Source of the DNA: Lytechinus pictus
Taxonomy: Eukaryota
Reading direction: 5' to 3'
DNA: 64,000 nucleotides
Assembly (NCBI RefSeq): GCF_037042905.1
Contig: NC_087251.1
Coordinates: 27,034,001-27,098,000 of the forward strand
Shown here: positions 39,201 through 54,200 of the stretch, one piece after another
Layout of the letters: every line of letters starts with the position of its first letter
Position numbering within the stretch: position 1 is the stretch's first letter
Notes under the pieces: model-generated
What the model was told of the DNA's origin: nothing
Databases searched by the model: none
Seen by the model: the letters and a program-made list of their open reading frames with translations, nothing else
Made by a program: the position numbers and the translations under genes

Positions 39201-42200
39201 GCGATTCAATATAGCAGCAGTGCTGATTTTGAAAACTACTATAACTCGCACAAGATGTTCAGTGATACTTGGTGAATCTTATTTCCACGTTTTATGAACT
39301 AGACCAATACACTTATAGAGATATGATGGCTGTAATTCAACAAATACCCCAATTTGGCCAAAGTTCATTGACCCTAAATGACCTTTGACCTTGATCATGT
39401 GACCTGAAACTTGCACAGGATGTTTAGTAATACTTGATTACTATTATGTCCAAGTTTCATGAATCAGATCCATAAACTTTCAAAGTTATGATGGTAATTC
39501 AACAGATACCCCCAATTCGGCCAAAGTTCATTGACCCTAAATGACCTTTGACCTTGGTCATGTGATGTGAAACTCATGCAGGATGTTCAGTGATACTTGA
39601 TTAACCTTATGTATAATTTTCATGAACTAGGTCCATATATTTTCTAAGTTATGCTGTCATTTCAAAAACTTAACCTCAGGTTAAGATTTGGTGTTGACGC
39701 CACCGCCGCCGTCGCCGTCGGAAAAGCGGCGCCTATAGTCTCACTCTGCTATGCAGGTGAGACAAAAACAATGGATTTGTTGAATTTTAGTGAGGCTATG
39801 AATGTTTATCATTTACATTGACTATCAGTGTACCAACATATACCGAATTTACAAGCAAGTGTGGGTAAGACTTTGAATTATCAGTCATTTCGATGCAATC
39901 CCAAAATTGATGAAAATATAACAGAAATTTGATATAGCATTGCAAAATCCTTATTTTCATATCCCCTTAAATTTTAATTATTTGCAAAAGCATCTTAGTA
40001 CGTTTCCTAGAATTTTTCACAACTGATAACGGTGGTGGCTTATTGATTCTAGTTTTTTTTAAGAAATGGCAGGCACTTGAAATCAGGTAAATTGTTGTTA
40101 TATTTTTAAAAGAAAATCGTTAGATTCGAACAACTTACTAATAGTTCTCCAAAAGAAGGGTTATATTCTATTATCTGTGTGTAAATGATACATGACGACA
40201 AATTTTACGAGTATATCATTGCATGTTGGATAACCTTTTCCACGATGAGTTTCGTAATTGAGAGAAAAATCAAGTTCATTCCTAGCACGCGAGCCGCAGA
40301 ATGATAAATTTTAGCGTGCGCACACGGGCTGATCGCCGTGTTTGCGGGGACGGATATCTAGTCCCATACTGGTGTAAGGTGGTATTTTCCACGTACCTTT
40401 TCCCCTTGTAATGACCACTTCGCACTTTAATACTTAATTTTGACACTTAATCTGTGAAATTAATGGTTTAACGATTTTGGAAAATGTTCGGAATATACCT
40501 AACACATAAATGATTTCATTTTCTAGAATTATTATTTCTTTCCTGAATTACCAAAAGGCAAATTTAGGTCAAGATTGCATATTCACATTGACTGTTTAGC
40601 ATAGCGCATGCATATCTATTACAATTTCTATTATGTGTGTCTATATTATATAAATTGTCCTGATGTAAATATATGTTATAGAATCATATTGGATACAAAA
40701 ATCATGACGGGTGTCATGGTCTGAGTTTTCTTTGTGTATAACAAACAAAATACTGCATGATTCCAATTTTATTTGAACATGTCATCGTATGCAACGGCAA
40801 TTTCAATCAGTTTATAATTTTCTTTTGCTTAGTCAGCGTTTATTTTTCAATGTGCAGAATTGGTTCGCAAGCGGTTTTTACACCATAGAGCTTGCCAAAG
40901 AGCTCATTCCTGGCACTTCGACTAAAGATGGATATGATTATTTTGTTTCTCATGGTTATCCATTTTTAAAAACAATATTTATTTACTGCAGCCAACGAGT
41001 TCCTGACTAAAAACTACTTTTTCGCAAATGAATAATAGTTGTAGCTGTAAAATTACTTTGTCTTAATTCCTTTCCTCTTAATTTAATATTTTAGTATTTC
41101 ATTTACATAACCTAAATGAAGGAGGATTCGGAACGATTATTGTCTGATGATTATGGGTGTGAAAGGACCCCTCCCCAAAAATAATAATGAGTAAGAATAA
41201 ATAAATAAATGAATAAATAAATGAAATGAAATTAAATAAAAATAAAAGTCAGTAATCTTTAACAGGATAGTTCGAAAGCTTATTTTCAGTGGGGTCCTCA
41301 ACACGTATAGAATTGTAATTATAAAAGGTAAAATCTGTTTACACTATAAATATGAATATGAATTACTATTAAAAATAAATAAGATCTTGAGATGGTATGT
41401 ACAAGAAATATATAAAAAAGAGAACGAAGAAGAAAGTTGAAGGTATAATGTTGTCTCAAGCGGATCGGGAGAAGGGGGTGCTCCTTTCCCTCTCTTTTCC
41501 AATACACCGGGTGAGTTATGTATATCTCAATATTGATTTTATAACAAACTACTTAAAATCCCCATTTAATGACAGATTATAAAAAAATTCGGCTTACGAT
41601 TTGTGCTTGCATTGATTGTTGAAAATATATTAAATCGTGCATCATAATTACAAAAGTGCTTTAAATTTCCATTTTTCAAGCCATAATATTAACAGATTTC
41701 GCTCTCTCATTAGGCTTATTAGACTAATAAATAAGATATTAATTTAGTAATCACTATGTCCTTGTTTTCAGAATGGAATATTGACAAGTTCTATTTCGTG
41801 CTTAGGAAGAGAAATAGGAAGACAGTCATCATTTTCATTTGATGACATAATGTTCTTAGGATGTCCCGGTCCTAGGTCAAAACTCAAAGGAATAATATTG
41901 AAACATATCGGCTTTTTTAAGACTGTGATCCAAATCCACCTCACAATTGTCCTACAAAGTGCTTGAAATACAGAGATTAAATTGTCCCTTTTTCAGATCG
42001 GAATATCAAATACTTTAAGCTCGCGCTTTTTGCGCTCGCTTTATTGATTTTCATGATGTAAAGGGTATTTAGAATGCCCAGATTCTAGGTCGCGCATGTT
42101 TATTCAGATACGCAGCTTGTTCACTATTTAAATCATCCAAATATCAAACATTTTCTGCTCGCGCTTTGTGCTCGCATTATAAGATTTCCAATTATCATTT

Positions 42201-45200
42201 TCATGATTTACACAAAATGATCAGAGTGTCCCATTTTCGGGTGTAAATCTCGATTTTTTTCCGCACGCGCTTCGCGCTCGCATCAATTGTTTAGTCATTT
42301 ACTTATTATTATCACGATTACAAAAAGTGCTTAGAATTTCCATACTTCGTCTAGAAATGTCAAAATTTTCAGCCCACGCTTTTCGCTCGCATTATTTGAT
42401 TGTTGAAAAATGTAAGGTCTTCATGGCTAACTGCAAGCAGCTGTTTTTGATCAGATCAAAACATATATTAAAATTTTCTGTTCCCGCTTCGCGCTCGCAG
42501 TAATTATTATGTAGTTGCGGTGGATACACATCTGTCTTATAGGATCACAAACATTGCCCAGAATATTTAGATTTTAGGACAAAATACTTTGCACTCGCAC
42601 TAATCAAATAAGGCTTATGAGATTATTATATATTTATGTTGATTTATAAGAATAAAGCTTAGACTATTATAATAAAAGACTACCCCTTCAAAGATACAAA
42701 CAAAAATCAACTTCGAGTGGCCGATCGGGAAAATGTGGCTAAAAAAATTTGGCTCCCCCCCCCATATTGGCAAAGGCTGGATCCGCCCCTGTCTACTGAT
42801 AGCTCTTGAAGGGGGGGGGGGATGAGTTACCCCTGAATATTATTGTTGAATATTCAGCTCAATATATTGCTTTGACCCCCATCCCTTCACACATGTTTTG
42901 TATATCCCCGTCTACTAACAGCTCTGGGGGGACCATTTTTTTTTAACTCAACATAATTATTGCTCTCACACCCCCCCCCCCCCCCGATCAGATGAATTAC
43001 GCCACTTGACGTGCGTGATTTCAATTGCAATATAGCCCCAAGATCCACTGACTATTTATTTAGCTTACACATTAAAAAAAAACTGGAGAGTTGTCAAACT
43101 CAACACAAATATACAATAAAATAACAACAAAATAACATACTATAGAAAGAAAGTATTAAAAAAATTGAGAACTTAGTACAATAAAGATAATAAAATGTTG
43201 AAATTTTTTACCCCCGTCTCCCACACTCGATCTATTACGTATTAGACAATGATATGAAATTATGCTGATCTGCCTTTATTTGCGCACGATATTCTTAACT
43301 AAAGTCATGATATGACCATTGATATAATGGATTATAAATTTTCATAGTTTGATCACACCATATCCACTTTAAATCCCTGGAAATTCCAGCAACAATACAT
43401 GTTGTCATGGTACGACACACATTTTCTTTATTGAAAAGTATCACGACACCAACTGTGCAAAGGCCTTTAATGGCGAACTCCGCTGGGTTGATACATAGCC
43501 TATGGGTGATGAACATACGTGAGACGTAAATAATCATATCTGATTGATACACGTCTGACAAAACTCAAATACACACACACACACTCAATATTTTCACCAC
43601 ACAGGATGTTTGCAATAGCAAAACTTTGCTGTTGGGAAAATTGGTACCAATTTATAAATGTGTCAATATTTTTGCGCATTGTTAAATTTGCGGCCGATCG
43701 GAAATTCGCGAGATCCGCGAAAATAACCCCCCCCCCCCCGTAAAAATAACAGCTTATACAGTAGTACATTTAAAAGTAGTAGATAGAGAAGGAGATGTAG
43801 AAGTAGTAGATATTGAAGGAGTAGATTGAGAAGTAGTAGATGTAGTAGTAGATGTAGAAGGAGATGTTGAAGAAGTAGTAGATGTAGTAGTAGATGTAGA
43901 AGGAGTAGATGTTGAAGAAGTAGTAGATCTAGAAGTAGTAGATATAAGAGTAGATGTAGAAATAGTAGATGTTAGAAGTAGTAGATGTAGAAGTGATGTA
44001 GATGTAAAAGTGGTAGATATAAAAGGAGTAGATACAGAAGTAGAAGATGTAGATGTATAAGAAGTAGACGCAGTAGTAGATGTAGTGGATACAGAAGGTG
44101 TAGATGTAGAAATAGTATATATAGATGTGGTAGATATATAAGAAATAGATGTAGAATGAGTAGATAAAGAAACAGTAGATTTTTATTCTGAATATAATGT
44201 AGAGTAGGCCTGATAGTACATACAACATAGATATATGATAAGATAAATAGCAGAGCATTTACCTATTTCATCAGTGCTTCTTTTCACAGTTGTCTGCTCT
44301 GCATCTTGCCTTGTCATTTCTGATTGGTCACTTCCTATGTCACATGACTGTTTTGAGGGAGGTGCTTCTGCCTTGATTGACACTTCCTCTGTTTGGTACG
44401 AGCTGTTGATGGACTCCAGACTGGAAATTGCTAAACTTCCCACAGCTTTGACTTTAATTCTTATAACATGGCCTGGGAGATAGGCTAGCCCTACGGACTG
44501 CCGTTCTGTGATCTGTGAATGAAAGGATGAGATATTAAAATCAGATCCTGAATTATAAAACGATATATAATAAACCAAAGGGTAACTGCATTGAGCATTG
44601 TATATCAAATGTTAGAAATAAACTCATAGTAGAGTCAGAGTATGTTGAATTCAGTTCAAATGTTGTTATCTGTAAATTACCAGTAACTCATTTTAAGGAT
44701 CCGAGCTTTGAAATAAAAAGTTTTATTTATGAGGAAATATTGTGTAACTTTCTTTAATTATGCTGAATGTTCCAGTCATCACATTAGTCGAAAATGGAGT
44801 CATGGTTTTACTTATGCCTGCAAAATAAACATGAAATGCACATTAACCATGGGTTTAATTAACAAGAGATTTTTCATAAACACCCGTAATTAGCATCATT
44901 AAATTTTGCTGTGATTCCCATTTGCTGATGTGTAAAAAGTTGATCTGAATTAGTGCAGGTACCATACAGTGTATGTACATACTGGAAATTGAGAGTAGAT
45001 ATAATGAACTTTTTAAAACATATTTTCATTAGACCCTGAACTTCAATTATTTTGCATCCTATTCAACAGTACTATATAGTTTCTTTAGTCTCAATTCTTA
45101 CCCTTTCCCCATATACATTTGCTATTTGTTGATTTTGAAACTCTAAAGGGGATTAGCAAACAAGTTTGAAAATGAAACTCATCTTCAAGTTCATGTATAA

Positions 45201-48200
45201 TCCGACCATTACCAACCCCACCCTTCCCAGGGTATCAGTCAATAAAATTACAAAACACAATCATAACCAGTTTCAAAGCAACACTTTGTCAATTAATGCT
45301 TACTTCTAAAGTGGTCTCGTCAGCGCCATTTGCCACAGCAGCATGTCTTGCCCTTGCTTCTGCTGTCCTGATGGCATCTTCACGAGAGACCTCTGCAACG
45401 TTTACCAGGTAGTCTACCGTCCCACTGACTTGACTTAGAGATGCTCCAACAGCATTCGCAGACTGTAAAATAAAACACATGCGGACATACAATTCTTGAT
45501 TCCTGACTCACTACATTAAAAACATGATAATAATGATGAAGTATGTCTGGATTAACATGAACAATAGATGTGAACAACAGGTTTTGAGACTTTATTAAAA
45601 AAAAAAGATCTCAATAACCTCTTTATCAATTATAATATTGACACAAAGAATTGAGTGCTTCATCTATTTGTTTGACAGGAAAATGCCTCTAGAGAAATAG
45701 TGATATTATGGGGTGGATACAAGAATCCAAATAATATAGATAAATGCATGTGTTAACATAATTCCACAACCAATAAGGGGACATGTTATGAAGCTGTTTT
45801 TAATCCTTTTTAACTGGGCTATTTCAGACCAGGATATACTGGGGGGGTTCAATCAGATCTTGGCCACGGATTGAGCAATTGCCGCGAAAATGTAAACTAC
45901 AAGACTGTATAGTAAAATCTTCAAAAAATTAATTCTTTATATTTTTTAATCAATCTATTATGCAAATAAGCGTATAAAATTTGCCCTAAGATTGTTTTTT
46001 GTGGATATTTTTGCCTTTAACTCAATTTATATATCTAGTAAAATGCTAATTTTTGGTGAGAGTATCAATTTTTACATTTCTAACAAATATCTACAAAAAA
46101 TTGCAAAAATATAATTAATTTCTTATGTATTTTATTGTTTTTTAAATTTTATGTATTTCTTAGTTTAATGAACTTTAAAAGGGACCATTTTGAGATCATA
46201 AATAGCATTAAAAAATCCATTTAAACCAAAAAACTAAAAAATAATCATACAAATATGATTTTTGGTTGGAAAACACAATTTGCATTGACTTTGTACACGG
46301 AATCACGTTTTTGAGCAATTCTGGGTCTGACATGCACTTACAAAATGTTGCGCAATTACCGAACGCGTACCCAGGCGTTGCAAATTTGGGCTCAAAAGAT
46401 GCGCAAGACTTGAAAGTAAAAAGTCAGCCAGCGGCACAGTCAAAAATATTCGTGCGACGGCATAGTGACAAAATTTGTTGAGGGGGGGTCAATTTGACCC
46501 CCCCAATTTAATAACGGTTAAATCAAATGCCGCTTAAGAATACCTGAAGTATGAATAGTGATATTCAAATTTTCTGGGAAAAAAAAGATGAATGAAGAAT
46601 ACATTTTTTTTCCTGAACAAGTAGATAATCATGGCTACAAATATGATTCCAAAAAAAGTAGAAGTAATGACTTTCATGCTACATTTCAACTTAAGAATAA
46701 GTTATAGAAATAATAATTTGAATTTTATAGAAATAATAATTGGATAAATTAATATTTTCTAAATTTCAAATAATCTTTCTAGAAATTAAAACAAAAAAAT
46801 ACAAACCTGATAATGGGGTGGTTTAATGAGACAAGAAGCTCCTTGAAGACCACGATTCTCATCAATAAGTATACTACCTCCTCCAACCACAATTACTGGT
46901 ACATCACCACTGCTGATCTAATGTGATAGAAAAACAATATCAGGCATAGAAAGGATATTCTGAGATTTTTATTTTAACTTACCATTCCATTTGGTTATCT
47001 ATCAACCATAATAGCAGGGCCCGCTGAGAGAACAGTTTTCGGAACTGAAGTGACTATCCTGGGTAAATATACCGTTATTAATATTATTTGTTTCGGCGTC
47101 ACCTGTGCCTGGGAGGCGAAAAGCGAACTGAATCACTATGACTCGCTGGTCTCTCCTCCCGATATAACTGATTGGGGGGAGTGCAGGTGGACCACTACAC
47201 CGGGGTTACCCCCGACTATTCCCCCTATTCTTCCTCTTATTATTATTATCAACCATGCAAAATAAAAAAACCCATTTGATGCTACATCGACAGCCAGTGA
47301 AAATATATTTCTTTTCGTGAAATTATGGAAATAAAAGCCATACCTTTACACAAACAGAATTTGGCTATTCCTTGCTCACCTTTTCAAATGACATTTCAGT
47401 GGGTACATAATCACCTAAAAGAAGAAGTTTTCACCAATATGCGTGAGTTATCAACCATAATTGTGATTAGGTTATAAACATTAATCATTCTCAGTTACTT
47501 TCATCCTTCTATCTTCTTCAATATTGAAGACATCTGTCTCTTTTCTGAACTATCATACCCAGTGATACATCATTAAAACAAGTGGAGCGCCTCTGGCAGT
47601 CTTGCCTGCATTACGCGATTCAATATAGCAGCAGTGCTGACTTTGAAAACGACTATATCTAGAATAATCTTTCACAAAAAACACCATTCATATGATGATA
47701 AAATACTATGTTCATTGACCCTAAATGACATTTGACCTTGATCTTGTGACTGAAGACTTGTGCAAGACAATTAGTGATACTTTATCCTTACGTCTACATT
47801 TCATGAACTAAATCCATAAACTTTCAAAATTATGACGGCGATTCAACAAATACTCCCAACACGGCCAAAGTTCATTGACCTTGGTCATGTGACCTGAAAC
47901 ACAAGCAGGATGTTCACTGAAGCTTGATTTCTCTTAGTTCCAAGTTTTAGGAACTAGATCCATATACAGTACTTTCAGAGTAATGACATTTAAAATACTC
48001 AACCTTGATTAAGATTTCGTTTTCATTCCCCCAACTCAATCTAAGTTCATTGACCCTATTGACCTTTGAGCTTGGTCATGTAATCTGAAACTCACAAAGG
48101 ATGTTCATGTCCAAGTTTCATGAACCAGAACAATTAACTTTCAAAGTTATGATGGAAATCAACAAATACCCCCAACATGACCAAAGTTCATTGACTCTAA

Positions 48201-51200
48201 ATGACCATTGACCTTTGTCATGTGAACTGAAACTCAGGCATGACATTCAGTAATACTTGATTACCCTAACGTCTAAGTTTTATGAACTAGGTCCATATTC
48301 TTTTATAGTTATGATGACATTTCAAAAACTTAACCTTCAGTTAAGATTTTGATGTTGATTCCCCCAACATGGTCTAAGTTCATTGACCCTAAATGACCTT
48401 TGAACTTGGTCATGTGATCTCAAACTCTGGCATGATGTTTAGTAATACTTGACAACTATTATGTCCAAGTTTCATGAACTAGGCCCATATACTTTTTTTA
48501 AGTTAAGATAACATTTGGTTAAGATTTGATGTTGACGCCGCCGTCGGAAAAGCGGCGCCTATTATACTCTATGCAGACGAGACAAAAATGAACAAGGAAA
48601 AGCCAATTCCAGCACCAATTAAGAATCACACTATTCCATCTACAATAAGATCTCAGTTAAAGTCAATTTCCATAAAAGAGTGAACTATTAACAAATAAAT
48701 ATTAATTACATACCTTGATTTGATCAATGACCTCTTCGACCATTTTGTGCATTTTGTCAACAGCACTGTCTACAGTGTTCTTGGGAATGTGAGCAACCTT
48801 GGCAGTATCTCCTACTTCAGCAAGTCCAGCTGCTACGGCGATATCTGTGGCAGTGAGTGTGTTCCCACCAAAAGTAAGACCCTCACTAAGAAGACGATAA
48901 CCAACACTTCTTGGACCAACAGCAATGTTTTCCTATGAAGAAAAGTGGTTTATGTGTACATGGAACTGTAAATTAGTACACAAATAGCTACTGAACAGAC
49001 CTATATGGGAATGGTTGTTTCTGTTGTAACTCCCATAGAAACTGGGCAGAACAGCTTTGTGCTGGTAAACGCCAAGCTGGTATATAAACTTTTACATAGT
49101 AAATATTTTACGTTGAAGTTAATCACACATAGTGGCTGACCTTCTAGACGACATATATTAATTTCTGGTCTTTTTATCAAAATGGAGACAATGGCGGAGT
49201 GGGGATTCAAACTCACAACCTAGCAATTATGAGTCTAGTGCTCTAGCCACTGGACCACATGCTACAGCCTTGAAATATATTGAAATATATATGGATCAGA
49301 TCAGAGAGATGATGAAAACAAACATTTAATAGTAAAATAATTAATTTTATAGGATTCATCCTAACAATCATGAAGACTCGGCAGGCCTTCAAGTAGGCCC
49401 CTCCCAAGGTTTGTCATATATATATCCTCTGACTATACTCACCAAATGATCTCCTTGCACCAGTGAGCCACCGCCGAGTCCGATGCTCTGCACATCGGGC
49501 ATCCTGAAGTTTGTTGAGACCCCAGCAATGTGGCTCCTGCTCGAAGACTCCCTTGGAAAACCATTCATCAGGTAGCCAACATCGGTCGAGGTTCCACCAA
49601 TGTCAATGACAATGGCATTGTCTTTCACTCCTGTGGAATCATATTAGAATACATGACAGATTAAACTTCATCTACAGATATAAAATTAAGAGATCGAGTT
49701 AATTTGGGGGGAAGTGTGAAGCCCCAACCCAAAATATATCTCAAGACCTCTTACCTGTCTAAACTGAAATACTAGTAAGTATTTCATTCAGCTGTAATAG
49801 GTTCATCCTCATTTAAATCTGAAAATCAATGAAGTATGACCAAAAAAAATTGCCAAAACTCAGAGATTACCCTTTCTAAAAGTACTATTATTCATAGACC
49901 GAGTCTGACTCTGTTGAACTAATTTAAAGTGTTGAGCAATACCAGCCTCAAACACAGATTAATCTTCTGTCTAAAATTCTACCTATGAAAAAGGTTTTCC
50001 TCACATTTATTTGGCAGCAAGTCACATCACAAAGGTATGTTTAATTCTTTCATAAATATACCTCTCCATTGATGCTCAGAACAGTAAAATATAAATGTAT
50101 ATTCTCTTGTGGCAGGTTATCTTTTAGAATGTCTTGTTTTTCTTGTTCTGAGAAATAATAGGATTCTCACCAACAAAACATTGGTAATGTCACGCAGAAA
50201 TAAATGCTCAAGAGAGAAAGAGAGAGAGAGAGAGATTACCAGAAGAAAAAGTTTCTTTCTATAGAGTACTGAAGCGATGACGTCAGTTGCCATGGTGTCA
50301 TGGCGGCCTAGTTCTAAACAAATGAACCCGCCGAATGAAAGCATGTGTTTCTCATAGGAGAAAATGGCTGATTGCAACCTATTTTTCAGACGAGCCAATG
50401 TGTACAGACGACCATCAGCTGCGACTCTGTTTAGAACCAGCCGGCCATGACACCATGGCATCTGACATCACACTTCAGTACTCTATATATTATTCAGGAA
50501 ACTTTCAAACTTTTTTCTGTGCATACCTGACAAATGTGCTGCTCCTCTCATACTGTTTGTTGGACCAGATGAGAATGTACGCACTGGTAGATCAAGTGCC
50601 AATTCAGAACTGAATGAAAAGAAAATTAAATATGATAATTTGGGAATGCAGTGCGAGAAGTACACTACTTGTATCATTTTTCATGATCACACTATCAATC
50701 AATATGTCATCGTCATCATAATAATTCTCCTTATTACTATTGACATCATTAACTTCATCATCAACATCATATCATCACCATTATCATTATTACCACCACC
50801 ATCACCATCATCATAATAATCATCGTTACCATCATCATCATCATCACCATCAACAATGTTACCATTATCATCATCATCATCACGATCAGCATCTTCATCA
50901 CCATCATCATCATCACCATCAACATCGTAACCATCACCATCATCACTATCATCATCATCATCTTCATCATCACCATCATCATCATCATCAACATCAGCAT
51001 CTTCATCATCATCATCATCATCATTATCACAATCAGCATCTTCATCACCATCAACATAGTTACCATCATCATCAATATCATCATCATCATCATCATCACC
51101 ACCATCATCATCTTCATCACCATCATCATCACCATCATCATCTTCATCATCATTACCATCAGCATCAGCATCATCATCATCATCATCTTCATCTTCATCC

Positions 51201-54200
51201 CCATCATCATCATCATCATCATCATCATCACCATCAGCATCTTCATCATCATTACCATCATAAACATCATTACCATCACAACTACCATCACCACCACTCG
51301 TCCTCATGATCACCATATATCTCATAAAGATCCTGGCTCTGACAAAAATCAACAAAACCAAGTGATTTTGTAAAACGGAATATGTCATCTTTAAACCAAA
51401 CCCACCTGATGATGGTGCCATCATTTTGCGTCATGAAGAACGGACATTGAATGTTCAATTCCTGCAGAGCCTGACTGAATGCACGGACTGTTTGCCTGCA
51501 CAGCGGCTTCAGTGACTCATTCAAGATGGTGGCGTTCTCCCTTTCAAGCAATCCCATTTGTCCTATCTCATGAGAGAGAGTCACGCTTGCCTCTTTGTAA
51601 TGTTCTCTTATAAAAGCCCTAACCTGAAAATTCAAAATATTTTTGAAAACGTTGCACAAAATAACTTTTTGACATGTATAAAAATACAGCTCACAATAAA
51701 ATGCATACAGTAATTTCCAAATAAATAATATTGAGCATGACACATTAATTTGAAAATGAAGATGGATCACAGAACACCATTATTCTTAATAGGTAAAGGT
51801 AAACTTTCATTTATACACTACCCTTCCGTAAGCTTAATTCTCGCCCGAGTCAAACCAATTTTTTTGACCAGATCTTAAAAAAACCTACAGTTATGCTCAA
51901 AAGTTAGTGATCCCAACCACAAAATACACTCCTTCATGCTGAGTGTTGAAGAAGATGACACTACAATGTTCGGCGAGCCCAGAGAAACAAACTTTATTGA
52001 ACGTATTATCTTATCACCTAGGACAATTAAATATCTAAAACATGGCAGAATTTTGACACTTTAAATAAAGTTCATTTAGTGGTGGGGTTCACAAACTTTT
52101 GAGCACCATGGTAGAACATCTTCTAAGTCAGAATTCTCCCAAGTCGAACAGGTTTCTGTGGTCCCAAAATAGTACTTATACCCCATTTAGATCTACGGAA
52201 AATCTAGAGTGCCTCCGGAGGCTACCGCAAGTCGTTAGATCTAAACTGTCTCGGCACAAAGCACAAATCTGAGGGAAAATACACTCTAGACAGTCTAGAA
52301 CAATCGCAAGAAAACATGGCATGATCCACTGTTGGACTGTAGATCTAAACGGTCGCGGCGTAAATGTGGCATAGAAAACCAAAGTCCACATGGTCTTGAT
52401 CGTTGTGCAGCATGCACTTTCTCCCTTGACTGACATTGACCAAAGGAAAACAAAAACAAAGAAGAGAAGAAAAATGAAAAATGAATCGAGACGTAATTAT
52501 AAACAAAGAATACATGAGAAAATCGATTAAGGAGATGAAAGAAGAAATTAAACAAAGAAATACATGATAAATTATAGAAAAAAAAACAGAAGGAGAAAAC
52601 AAAGAAATATATAACATTTTGTAGAAAAAGGAAAGAAGAATTAAAACAATACAAAATAATTGATAGAACAAAGAAATAAAGAAAATCTGAACAAAGAAAT
52701 ACACAAGAATTAATAGAACAAATGATAAAAGAAGAGTTAAAACATTGAAATACACAGAACTGAATGAAGAAAAAATAATAAAAAACAAAGAAATACATAA
52801 GATTTGAAAGAAAAGAGAATGAAAGAAGAATTAAAACACATCTAGAAATACATAAAAAAATCAAAAAGAAAAAAGGAGAGAACAAAATATGAAACATGAG
52901 AATTGATAGATGATGAAAGAATAAAAACAAGATAATATATAAGAGTCGATAGAAGAAGAGAAATACACAAGAATTAATATAACAAATGATAAAAGAAGAG
53001 TTAAAACATCAAAATACACACATAAAAACAAGATAATATATAAGAATCGATAGAAGAAAAGTAATACACAAGAATTAATAGAACAAATGATAAAAGAAGA
53101 GTTAATACATTAAAATACACAGAACTGAATGAAGAAAAAATAAAATCAAAAAGAAAAAAGAAGGAGAGAACAAAATATGAAACATGAGAATTGATAGATG
53201 ATGAAAGAATAAAAACAAGATAATATATAAGAATCGATAGAAGAAAAGATAAGAGAAAAATCAAAACAAAGAAATATATAAGAATCCATAGAAGAATAGA
53301 TGAAAGAAAAAATAAAACAAAGAAATACATAATAATTAATAGAAGAAAATATGATAGAAAATTCAAAACAATGAAATACATAATTGATTGATGAAAGGAG
53401 AAGAGATGAATTGAAAAATAGAAATACATAAGATTTGATAGAAAAGAGAGTGAAAGAAGAATGAAACATAATTATTATAGAAATACAAAAGAATCTGAAA
53501 ACGGAAGGAGCGAACAAAATATACATGGGAATTAATAAAAGATGAAAATATTAAAATAAGGAGATACATAAAAAATTATAGAAAAAAAGAAGATAACAAT
53601 AAAACCAGAAAAATACATAGGAGTTGTTGGAAAAGATGAAAAAATAGAAATGTTTCAAAATTGATTGAGCGCGCTTTTCCTCCTCACTGGAAAGGTACTA
53701 TCACAGCCCATCTCGCGATTACCACAGACGTTTGTTCTAATGTAAATGGCTCTCGCATGTGTACCTCGTGTTTTGAAAAGGAATTTCATGCCGTGTTCGT
53801 TCCAGACGATAGTCTAGTGTGACACTAGAGAGAAACAGATCTAAACGGGGTATTAGACGAAGTAACCTGATAAAACTGCAAGTGGTTCACTTTCACTAGT
53901 ATACCATGAATATGCAAATTTCAGTCTAAATGCATACAATGTATGAAAGCTGAGGGGGTGGCATACCCAACATAGGAATGCCACTAAACCTAAATGTTAA
54001 TCAGAAAAACCGTCATAAATCAATCATAATTTTTTTTTTAATCAATCACTGGGTTTTGTGTTACAGGACCCTGTTTTTTTAATTATGGCACATAAGCTTA
54101 AATGATGGATTTGGTTTTTTTAATTAATCAACACCTAAGAGTAATAGGCTAGAACCAAGTTTCATAAACCATAAAATATCAACTAATAATGTAATGGGTT

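Larger units (their letters stand above)
38234..43761. mobile_element. 5.5-kb composite TIR element with TA TSD
   Basis: ta|CTGTATAAGCTGTTATTTTT ... AAAAATAACAGCTTATACAG|ta; the GTAGAT-rich simple repeat continues on both flanks. Confidence 0.72.

Noticed and set aside
49190..49260. tRNA gene
   Set aside because: A and B boxes are present but the acceptor stem does not pair; fits a SINE head better
50699..51424. Poly-Asp, poly-His and poly-Met ORFs
   Set aside because: Translations of an intronic (CAT)n microsatellite; the real exon 4 splices out at 51406
52295..53569. Phe/Leu/Ile-rich 'membrane protein' ORFs
   Set aside because: Reverse strand of a purine-rich low-complexity tract
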